From the NCBI GenBank assembly GCA_004431415.1, contig QPMI01000068.1:124001-188000 (forward strand): a stretch of 64,000 nt of DNA. Reading direction: 5' to 3'. Below, in pieces: positions 1 through 9,924 of the stretch. A model generated the notes under the pieces. The model had not been told where the DNA came from and made no database searches. It saw only the letters and a list, made by a program, of their open reading frames with translations. Source of the stretch: Cyanophora paradoxa CCMP329 (taxonomy: Eukaryota; Plantae; Glaucophyta). Each line of letters starts with the position of its first letter. The first letter of the stretch is position 1. The position numbers and the translations under genes are program-made.

Positions 1-2
1 AA

Positions 3-203
3 TTAAAGAGACGTTTTAAGCAACAAGAGTTACAGAAAGTGAAACGAGATGAGATAATGAAAATTCCACAGCAAATGAGGATTCAAGCTGTAAAGAAAAC
101 AAACACAGTGAATCGAAAAGTTGCAAAAGAGGGAATCAAACCAAATCGCAGCAAAGTTGTTAGAAAAAGGTATCAATTAAGAAGCGGATTAACTAAAAGG
201 TAG
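3..203 (+). CDS. C-terminal end of a probable Polinton-type retroviral-like (rve) integrase, 5' part outside window
   Basis: Frame 3 reads LKRRFKQQELQKVKRDEIMK...RYQLRSGLTKR*. The F/YxxxELQKV motif followed by a basic tail resembles Maverick/PLV integrase C-termini. The catalytic DDE core is not visible. Confidence 0.45.
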   Translation, partial: LKRRFKQQELQKVKRDEIMKIPQQMRIQAVKKTNTVNRKVAKEGIKPNRSKVVRKRYQLRSGLTKR

Positions 204-301
204 TTGGGTGTAATGCATATAACTTCGATTGATTAGATTTTAGATATAACTTCGATTAAATAAAATAGATTGTGACTGAGGCTTACTGAGATTTACTGAG
301 A

Positions 302-965
302 TTGGGGATTGGGTTACTGGGAATCATGCGGATATTGCTTGAAGGGGCAAATTATATTGGGGTAATTTTTGGGTGTAATGCTCACAGCTCAGCTCAACTT
401 TCATTAGCCGCGCCAGCAAATCACGTATTACAACATGCCGTTATCGATAATGTCGATGGTTTAGAATCTACCGAACTTGCACCTACTCTTAATACTTTTG
501 GTGATACGCATAAATTGCGACTCAAAGAGTTAAGATGTGACAAAAATAACGGAGTTGTGAAAACTACGAAACTTCTTGTTACAAATGCAAACTTTAACGC
601 TTTTTATGGAGATCCCGATAGTTACAATGATGATAACAAGGTAACAAACTTTGCTTATGAATCGAGAAACGGAGCGATTAAATGTAGATCGGGTGGCGCT
701 TACATTGGGGACGGACTAAGAGTTGGTGGTATCATTGGAGCGCCTCTTTTGGTTAATGATCAACCAAACCCCGATGATGAGAACACACGAATTAGGACGT
801 ATTGCCCAGGTATGAATGAGCCTTACCTAATAAAGATTTATACAATCATTATTAGTTTACAAACAGCGGTAGCCGATGTATTAGAACCCTTAGGAAATCA
901 TTATAGATATAGAGACACGATACCAGAGGACATTTACGCATTATGTAGAAGAACCGACGGAGCCG
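302..965 (+). pseudogene. 5' fragment of a viral virion/fibre-like protein, cut by the GC-rich insertion
   Basis: AT-rich open frame with beta-rich text (GAIKCRSGGAYIGDGLRVGG) ending ...YRDTIPEDIYALCRRTDGAV where base composition switches. The true start is uncertain. Confidence 0.5.
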
Positions 966-1276
966 TAAGGAGCTGTTTCGCATGTCGCAGACGGCCCCGG
1001 ACGGACCTCGACGGGCCGAAAACGGCGCGACCTTTTGGACATCCCGCTAGTTCGCGAGCTTTAACAATGGATGGAATTTGAATTTTGAACACGGCCGTGT
1101 CACGGCGGCTATCAGCCGGCTGAGTTCGAGTTCGAGCTGGCTAGACCAAATTCTATATCCCCCCAAGCCATCTCCCCCCCCTTCCAAGCCACGGCCAGCT
1201 GCAGCTAGATTGCGGCCAGCCACGGACTTGCGCGGGAAAAGCAAAAGCGCTTATAGCTTAGCGTTCGGCGATCGAG

Positions 1277-3077
1277 ATGCCGCTCTCTGTGCTGTCTGCC
1301 AAGGTCGGCTCAGCGTTCGGTTCCATTAGAGCGTGGCTGGGCGGCGCCAGCGATGGCAGGCCGCGGCACGGCCAGATTGGCGGCAGCACCTGCGGCAGCC
1401 AGGACGACCTCGGCGAGGACGTGAATCCAGACGACTTTGGCGACGCAGCTTTGAGCGAGCAAGTCGTTCAGCCTGCGCATGCAGCGCCAGCTGCGCATGC
1501 GACGGCCGCGGTCGCGCTGGCGCCTCCCGCGGCGGAGCCGGCGGGCGGGAGCGACTCCCACAAGTCTCGCCAGTACGCTCAGAGCTCGAGCAGAGCCCGG
1601 CAGCGGCTGCTGTGAGACGCCAGGGACGCCTTTGGGGGGGGGTACGCCTGTACAGCCGTGTACGCCGCCTGTCGCAGCTGCCTCATCAGCGACCCCCGTG
1701 TACACGCCTGATCGCCCGCGTCGCAAGCGGGTAGTAGCTGCGCCCTCGCAATCGCAGCCTTCGCATGATCAGCCGGCCACGCCTCCACGCACGCAGCCGC
1801 CGGCGGCAGCGGCCTCGCCAGCGACCCCCGTGGACATGCCTAAGCGCGTGAGTCGCAAGCGGGCAGCGGCGGCGACCTCCCAGCCTTCGCCCGCGGCGGC
1901 ACCGAGCGAGCAATATGAGGATCCCTTCGTTGCCATGGAGCGGTATATGGACGATCCCTCTGTCGCGCCGTCGCCTGCCAGCTCAGCCGCGAAGAAGCCA
2001 GCCCGAAGAAGCCCGCCACGTCCACCAAGCAGCAGTGCAAGCGGCGCAAGTGCGATGTCGAGATGACGGGCGAGGAGGAAGATCGATTCACCCCTGGGAC
2101 AAGCCCGGGCGGCACCGCTTTCGCATCGAGGAGGAGGACGCCGCACTCTATCGGAGGCTCACCGGCTGCAAGCGGGTTTCCGATGCGGTTCGCATGGCGT
2201 CCAAGCTCCTTGAAGCGATCGAGTACCTTCAGCAGCGTGTGCGCGCGCCGTTTCACGCCGCCGTGCGCTTCGCCCGCAGCTTGCCTCGCTGATTCGGGCC
2301 GCAGGATGTCCTAGACAAGGGTCTAACTGGCGCGGAGCTCGCCAATCAACTGAAGGCGAAAGTCGACGTGTTCCTCCGTGCACCGGCGCAGCGTGAGGAG
2401 CTCCAACAGAAGTGCAGCTCCCTGGAGCGGGAGCTCCCTGATCTGCGGTGGGCCAACAGGGAGAAGCAGCGGCAGATCGCTCAACGGGAGGAGAAGATCG
2501 CTCAGCTGGAGAAGGAGATGATGCAGCTCAACGCCAGTCTGGTGAGCCCGCCGGCCGCCGCGCCGCCCGCGCCGCCGGCGCCCGCAATGCGCTGCTGACG
2601 GCGGTCCCTCCGGCGCCCGCAGAGAGCGACTCGGGTCAAAAACCTCGAAGAGGAGTGCGAGGAGCTGCAGAACCAGAACGCTGCGCTGCAGACGAAGGTG
2701 GATGACTTGGAAAACAAGGTCCGCGATTGCCCACACGCGTGCGTGCGCCCGCTGGCGCGTAACGCGGCGCGGCGCAGGTCTCAAGGATGAAGAGGAATTG
2801 GGACTTGGAGTTGGAGCGTGAGGCGAAGGTGTGGCGGAAGGAGGAGCGCATGTACATAAAGGAGGTGGAGGAGCTGGAGGCCGTTATCGAGTATCTCTAC
2901 ATGAGGGACGTGCTCATGCGGGAACCCGGGGGCCTAGGGTCGCAGGGTGGGTCGCCGCGGTCCAGCAGCTACACGCTGCTGTGCCGCCGGAGACGTCGCC
3001 TTTCGAGGCGCCCGCCATCGGGCGCTAGCCCCGGCCCGCTCGCTTCGTCCTGCATAGCTAGAGCTCTCATCGGATGA
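1277..3077 (+). CDS. Spliced host-type gene: Pro/Ala-rich N-terminus and coiled-coil C-terminus, function unknown
   Basis: Successive coiled-coil segments in different frames (REELQQKCSSLERE..., EECEELQNQNAALQTKVDDLENK, MKRNWDLELEREAKVWRKEE) separated by short GT...CAG intervals. Confidence 0.45.
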
Positions 3078-4559
3078 GAAAAATTTGTGTTCCTTTTGCG
3101 CATGCGTCGCCCACACGACAGCCGGGCGGGGACGCGGGGCGCGGCTGGGTTGGCTAACTGTGCGTGCATCCGGAGCCTCCGAGCAAGCCTAGCCTATAAG
3201 CTCGGCGACGCTGAGCTAGGTGCGCCCGGCGCGCCTGGTAATCTGCTCGGGAAGGTCGGAACGGCTTGGGCACGGAACCGGGGTCGGCCGCAAAGGCGGA
3301 CCGTGCCAGACCCAATCGGCGCTGAGCTACGCCGGCGCGCCTGGTAATCTGCTCGGGAAGCTCGGGATGAGTCAAGGCCTCGCACCTGGGGCTGGCAATC
3401 CATGCACTGCGGCAAGCAGCCGCTGCCCCCACCGACCTCGTCTCGCAGAAGCGGGTCACGGAGATGAAGGAAGACCGCGTGAAGCGCCGCGGGCGCTCTC
3501 GTGGCATGCCGGGCCGGGCCGGGCGTATGCGTACCCGGTTGGCCAGCGGAGGAAACTCGGCTGACTGAGCGGCTCGCGCTTTCGACAACGTGGCACTGTG
3601 GCACTGTAGTACACCTGGCGAGGCGCACGCCGCGACAACGATTCGGCGAGGCGCACGCCCTCGCCCGCGAACTTGGAACATACGCACGCCTGCCCTGGAT
3701 CGCGGACCGAGCCTCGGAGACTTCCGCCCTCTCCGAGGCTCATGGCTGAAGCTGCGATAGCATGGTGCCGGCTGGCTGAGGCCGCCCGTGCCGGAGCAGC
3801 TGCAGCCGGGGCCAAGTGGCTGGCCGGCGCCTTAAGCGCGCGGCTGCACTGCGAGCGGGGAGCTGGGCTCGCTGTCGGCGGCAATCTTATCCGCTCTCAA
3901 GGTTTCGCAAGGCTGCGAGCGCGCGGCGACCCCGGTATCGCGTTCGCAATTTTTGATCTGCCAGGGAATCTGCACTCCGAGGCTTGCGATTGAAGCACGG
4001 CAGCCTCGTATCTTGATTAGAACTTTTTATTCAAGATGTAGAGGCGTCACACGGCGTTATTTAGTGCCCTGCACAAAGCCCCGCGATGGGCCCATTTAAC
4101 CCGTCATACCATATGACTCATCATACGCCTATACACTACGTTACAGCTAGTCTTCTGCTGACTTTTGGCCCTTCCAAATTGGGCCATCGCCCCAGGAGCT
4201 GGGAGACATCGAAAAAAGCTTAGAGAACCTTTTTAAAGCACTATATAAGGCCTCCTATGCAGCTGCAGGGTCGGGGGAGGCCTTGTATGGCGCGAAAATA
4301 GGCTCCCGAGGCCCCGGACTGCCAGAGTGTCCCGGAGGCCCCGACTGTCCCGCCAGGCGCCCCGCCCTGTCAGCCCGCCCCGCCAGCCCGCCCGCCACTC
4401 TCGGTAGTCACTGAGTGCCACGGTGCCACGGTGCCACGGTGCGCGCACGATAGCAGAATAACTAGTAAATCTGTCGTATTCAAGCCAGGTGCAGACTGCA
4501 GCTGGTGACTCTAGCTGCAGACATCGTCCGGCCGCGAGACGAGGACGCCGTCGCCGGCA

Positions 4560-4825
4560 GGGCGGCGACCGGCGGGCGGGGCGGGGGCCGGCGGGGCGGG
4601 GGCGGGGCCGGCGGGGCGGGGCGGGGCGGGGCGGGCGGGGCGGGGCGGGGCGGGCGGCGGGCGGGGCGGGGCGGGCGGGCGGGGCGGGGCGGGGCGGGGG
4701 CGGGGCGGGGCGGGGCGGGGCGGGGCGGGGCGGGGCGGGGGCGGGGGCCGGCGGGGCGGGGCGGGGGCCGGCGGGGCGGGGCGGGGGCCGGCGGGGCGGG
4801 GCGGCTAACGGCGGGCGGGGGCGGC
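4560..4825. repeat. (GGGGC)n low-complexity tract with G-quadruplex potential
   Basis: About 260 bp of near-continuous ggggc/gggc repeats. Confidence 0.9.
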
Positions 4826-5937
4826 TAACGGCGCTACGCTTCGTCGTCGGCATCGTCCGGCCGCGAGACGAGCACGCCGTCGCCGCGACGCAGGCGGCGG
4901 CGCTTGCACCGAGCAGCAGCAGCAGCCCCGTCCGCCTCCGCCGCCGCCTCCGCCGCCTCCGCCGCCGCCGCCGCCGCCGCCTGCTGCTGCCGGATGCGCA
5001 CCCGCTGGAAGTGCTCCGCGCACTTGAAGAGATTGTCGCCGAAATGCTCCATCTGCCCCGCCCGCCGCTGCAAGGCCGTCACGTTGTCATAGAGAGGCTT
5101 GAAGGCCGCCTCCTCGTAGAGCCCGAGGGGTCCTGCCCGCAGAAGCGCGCCGTGCTGCGGTGCTTGCGGATCTCCGACCGCAGGTTAATGGCCTCGAGGA
5201 GGTTGTTGTGCGCCAGCGCGACCTCGAACTGCTCGTACAGCTGCTCGTGCTCGCGCATCCACGCGCGCGCGTACTCCAGCAACTGCTTGAGCTCGGCCAG
5301 CTTGTATGGCCTCACCGAGTCGCGCTCTATTGCGAGGTTGACCTCCAAAGCTGCCTGGTGGCGCCGCCTGATCTCATCCTCCTCCTCGAGCGCGCGCTCC
5401 TCGTCCGCCTTCATGCGCGCCCTGCGCTCGGCGCGCTGCCGCTGGTCCATCGCTCTCCGAGTCGCTGCTGTTGATCTCGATGACAGACGAAGTCATTGGG
5501 CGATTGCACGGCGCGTTGATGGTCTCCTCCTGGTCCTCCTCCTCGGACACGTAGTCAGCGGGCATATGCTTCGCTCCACAGCTAACATAGCTACACTGTC
5601 GATGCGACATAGCTAACGCTTGAGGCTGCTTCAGGCCCACCAGCTGCAGGGCGTTCAGCTGGAGTTGGACGTTCAGCAGTTTGCGTACCCAGTCTGGGCA
5701 TGCTCCCCTTGCTTAGCGCGTCATACCCATATCGACGAGCGAGCATCGCGGCCGGCAAGGACCGCGCGGGTGGACCAGCCGCTTCGCCTAAGGTAGCTAT
5801 GCATCGCAATTGCGCATTATCGCGCATGCTGGGCTCGCCTGCTGCTCTTCGGCGCCTAACTGTCGCGGATGTGTATGCTTGCTCGCGGCGCTCGGAGCTG
5901 CCGCTTCCGCAGATGGCAGATCCTTCCTGCTGCAGGA

Positions 5938-7868
5938 TTAGGCGAGCAAGTAGCCGAGCGGGGGGCGAGGGGGAGGGGGCGCACTTGGGGACCGAGGCGG
6001 ATGCGGCGGGGGCAGGTAGGGCGGCAGCGGCCGGTGGGGCAGCAGCAGCAGGGGCCGACAGGGCGGCGACCGGCGGGGCGGGGGCGGGCGGGGCGGCGGC
6101 GGCGGCGGCCGGCAGGGCGGCGGCGGCGGGGGCCGGCGGGGCGGCGACGGCGGGGCCGGCAGGGCGGCGGCGGCGGGGGCCGGCAGGGCGGCGGCGGCAG
6201 GTTCTGAAGGGGCTGCTTCGGGGACAGGCGGCGCCTTGGCGACGGTGTTGGCGCCGGCGCGGCACCGGCGCGGGCGCTTCACGGGGACAGCCGCGAGGGG
6301 CCCCGCGAGGCTGGCGATGCGCTCGCCGTCGGGGCCGTACTCGTAGCTCGGAAGCTCGAGCGTGACGTGCCCACCTTTCCTGCCCGAGCGCTTCGTGGCC
6401 ACGATCCGACCGGGACCTGCCGCGCCCAAGGAGCAGAGCTTCGTAAGCGAGCGGCGCGGCGAGGGCGGGCCGGGCGCACGCTCGTCGAACTGGACGACGT
6501 CATGGGAGCCCGTGTGGCGCGGCACGATTAAGCCGCCGTACGCCTTCTCGACGGTGACGGTCTGCATCTCGCTGTGCTTCCGGATCGCCTTCCCGTCCGC
6601 GTCCCGCTTGCAGACGCGCTTGGACGCTTGCGCCACGCCGGAGGGACCGAGAACAGCTGCAAAGAGGTCGGAAAAAGAACAGCGAGCGGGAAAAAGGAAG
6701 CGGCTTCCACCAGCAGCGGTCTCGCGGTCCGGAAGCTCGATAACGAAGCGATTCGCCGCCGGCAGCTTGTCAACCGGGATCGGCTGGCCCGTCTTCGGGT
6801 CGATGGGCGTGGCGACGTGCGCGACCTGCGCCACGATGTTCTCCTGCGATGCGCACCGTTAGAGGATAGGAAAAAGAACTTCGAACGAGTCATAAGAGCC
6901 GCAGACCAACATTGCCGGCCCGGCCACCGGGATCTTGACGTTGACAAGCTGCGTCCCGGTCTTCCGGCGCTTGAGGGCGTTCGCGGCGGCGTCCTGAAGG
7001 TAGCCAATCGCCTCCACGCGCTCCTCCGGCCTCGACAGCGGCCGGAGGAAGCACGCCATCTTCTTCTTCGCCACTCGCTTGAGCCTCGCGTTGAAGGCGA
7101 GGGCGACGTCGAACTGGAAGGAGCCGTCGCCCGGAACGTCATGATTTGCTTACAGACGTAGATGTGGGGATCGGCGTGGTTGAGGGCTTTGTACTCGTCC
7201 GCGGCCACCACCTTCGCGGGTGCGTGAACCTGCGCGCACGGGCATCGGACGCTGGAACGGGGCGCGGGCGCGGCGGGCGGACCGTCACGTTCGAGTAGTA
7301 GATGAGGTGGTTTGCGATGGCCACGGCTGCCTGCTCCCGTCTGCCTTGATGATCACGCTGCCGAGCCCGCAGTCCTTCACATCGGAGTCCTCCGGGCGCA
7401 CGAAGCGCCGAAGGATGACGCCGTTGACGGAGTAGTTGAAGTCGCCGCGCTTCGCCTTCGTCTGTGTTGGGAACTCGCCCTCGACTCGCGCCAAAATCGT
7501 TTCACCTGGGCGCGGGAAATGGAAGGGCTTCGGGCGAACGACGCTGAGTTCTGGACACAGCTGGGTGTCTGAGCTAACTGAACAGATGACGAAGTCGCCA
7601 AGGCGAACGTGGTAGGCGCGGCCGCTGGTGTCCAGGCAGCGGACCGTTGCCGCGGGGTGCTCGCCTTGAGGATGTCGAGGTCAGGGAGCTTGGGCTCCTT
7701 CGCCTTGCGCGCCTGCTGAGTGATCTTGTTGACACGCTTCATGTTGCCCTTGCCGGCCCACGAGCTGCTGCTGTCGGGTCGCTTGCCGTGCCAGCGGTGC
7801 CGACGTCGGGCCTCGTCGAAGCCGTCATCCAGAGGCTGGGTTCCTTTCGCTTTGACTGCTTCATGCAC
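5938..7868 (-). CDS. Spliced and/or frameshifted host-type gene of unknown function
   Basis: Protein-like segments in alternating frames (MHEAVKAKG..., RGDFNYSVNGVILRRFVRP, DEYKALNHADPHIYVCKQIM, AQVAHVATPIDPKTGQP) joined by intron-like intervals. Confidence 0.4.
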
Positions 7869-9095
7869 GGCGGCGTGCAGGAATGCTCGCGCTCGGGCGT
7901 GCGCGATGGCGGGAAGCTAGCTAGTCCGGCCTAGCCGAGGGAAGCTGACTAGCAAGCCGGCCTGCTGACCGTTACTGTGACCGTTGTGGCCGCGTGTGTA
8001 CGCCACTGTGTACGAGGCCAAGTTCGAGCTCAAGTTTGCGCTGGGCTAATTTCATTGGCGGAAGAAGTTAACAATGGGCGGGGCGTGACGCAAACTCCGT
8101 TCAGTTTGAAACGAGCAAGACCACGCCTTACGATACATATTATTCCCATAGATAATTTTGGTCAGGCGTTTCACTCAATACCTCTTTTAGATACACAAGA
8201 TAACCGATTCGCGTACCCCGACCTGGAGAGAAAGTAGGTAGCGGGCTCCTGCCCGCTGGGCGCCTCTCCGGCTGCCGCGAATCGCCTCGGCGGTGCATCT
8301 AGCCCTCCTCTAGCTGGTTAGCCGCGCGTCCGTTAGGAATCCGCTCCGCGGGTCGGTTCGGCGAGCTACTCCAGCGGACATCAGCGGCGGCTTCAGCAGC
8401 TGCTCTCTCGTTCAGCCCAAGCACTTCTCTGCGGCAGCGATCGGCCGCCCGCGGCTATGGGGCCGGCGACCTGTGTTGCGCCCGCGCAGATGATCGTCGG
8501 CCGTGTGATTGCACGCCCGCGTCGCGGCCTTGGGCGTCGCGGCCGCACAGATGCTTGGATTCCTGGCGAGGCGATGTGCTTCTGAGCACTCGGGCGGCCC
8601 GGGGCCTCCCAACCCCCGCCGCAGCGGACCCCACGCGCGCGTGCGCGCGCCAACTGGAGGAGGTATCTCTCGGCCGAGGAGCACAGACCGCTGGCTGCGG
8701 CTGGCGGCGCTGTGCGCCCACCGGTTTTCACCCGGGCTCTCACGAGCTCCGGTTTCCGGTCCTCTTTTAGGATGGTGTTGCACCTGCAGCGGGGCGCAGC
8801 AGCCTTGGGATCGAGAGACGGGAGGCGGGTGGACTGGGCGCGCGCTGGAGCTACTCGCTATGGTGGAGGCGTGATCCTCCCGCTGGTAGACCAGGCTGGC
8901 CTTATCGGGGCCAGTAGTAGCACGGTGTTCTGCCCACCCACTTCCTCTCCCTCTTTATCCCTGTCAGCTGTTGTTCTCTACTGTAGTTCTAGCTTCACTG
9001 CTTCCTCCAGCACTCAAAGCTTCGGTTCCTATTTTCCAAAGATGTAAGTGCCTCAGTGCCAATCCTAGGATTCATGGTAGGCGTCGTGGTGAGAC

Positions 9096-9302
9096 AGTTT
9101 CTGTAAACTGTAATGTGGTGCTGAATGACAAATCCATCTAGCACAAGATAACCAATTTATAATAAGAGCTACACAACTCGGAAATTATAGAGTTATTATG
9201 TATGCCGAAAGAAACGACGCAATCGCCACAGCTAACCGATTCGGTCAATATCTAAATACCAATCTATACAATCCTGTCGGCGGTAGCGATCCACAACCAT
9301 AA
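9096..9302 (+). pseudogene. 3' fragment of a viral protein, probably the continuation of 302-965
   Basis: 9132-9302 reads IHLAQDNQFIIRATQLGNYRVIMYAERNDAIATANRFGQYLNTNLYNPVGGSDPQP* with no start codon of its own, in AT-rich viral-type DNA. Confidence 0.5.
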
Positions 9303-9322
9303 ATCTAAGGTATATATAGGGA

Positions 9323-9595
9323 ATGGATGAAAAAACAAGAAAGTTTATAGATACCGCTATGTCAGTCCATGGTAAGGATAAATTTGATTATACCGACACT
9401 GTTTATAAGAAAGCACAAGAAAAGGTATCTGTTAGATGCCTACAATGTAATAAAACGTTCCAAACCTACGGATTTAATCACATTAAGGGGTCAGGTTGCC
9501 GACAGTGTTCTAAAAAACACTCTCATGCATACAGAAAAAGGACAACATGGGGAATAGTCATAGAAGAGAAACCCATTATGTTGTATTTTGATTAA
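9323..9595 (+). CDS. DUF723-like Zn-ribbon protein (single repeat, no nuclease domain)
   Basis: FIxxAxxVHGxxxFDYTxxxY...VxVxCxxC...F...NHxxGxGCxxC pattern typical of this repeat in large DNA viruses and phages. Confidence 0.75.
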   Translation: MDEKTRKFIDTAMSVHGKDKFDYTDTVYKKAQEKVSVRCLQCNKTFQTYGFNHIKGSGCRQCSKKHSHAYRKRTTWGIVIEEKPIMLYFD

Positions 9596-9740
9596 ATTTT
9601 AGACATACAAATAAGAATCTTTCCACATTTGTGTCGTAGATTATACGAGTATCAAAGCAATTCGGACACGTCTTATGATAATGGATCATTATGATATCGA
9701 CAAGTTCATACGGGAATACTTTCGCTAAGATGGTGCGCAT
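9576..9740 (-). CDS. 54-aa viral ORF with CxxC (not in the ORF track)
   Basis: MRTILAKVFPYELVDIIMIHYHKTCPNCFDTRIIYDTNVERFLFVCLKFNQNTT*; fills the gap in a gene-dense region. Confidence 0.4.
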   Translation of the reverse strand: MRTILAKVFPYELVDIIMIHYHKTCPNCFDTRIIYDTNVERFLFVCLKFNQNTT

Positions 9741-9924
9741 CCTACTTAATCTCTGATATATTTATAATGGACGACCCAGTATGGAAAGAGAACCCCATAC
9801 CTAATTTCTATGAAATTGACCCAAAAGATCCATTTCAAAAATGTATATGGTTATTACATATCCTCCGAGGTATATTACTTTTAGGAGACCGAAAAAATAA
9901 AAAGAGAAGTATAGATACAGTGTA

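Larger units (their letters stand above)
966..9095. other. ~8.1-kb GC-rich host-like segment embedded in the viral element
   Basis: Abrupt composition shifts at both ends; contains intron-like genes and GGGGC low-complexity tracts. Boundaries are approximate; no TSD or TIR pair was found by eye. Confidence 0.7.

Noticed and set aside
217-257. loxP-like ATAACTTCG sequences
   Set aside because: Only 9 bp match, in direct rather than inverted orientation, with no 8-bp spacer architecture.
964-990. TAA followed by GGAGCTGTTTCGCATG as a PIF/Harbinger left end
   Set aside because: No matching inverted terminus found by eye near 9060-9130 or elsewhere in the insert.
4233-6365. Long Gly/Arg- or Pro-rich ORFs
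   Set aside because: Translations of GGGGC low-complexity tracts with no family evidence.
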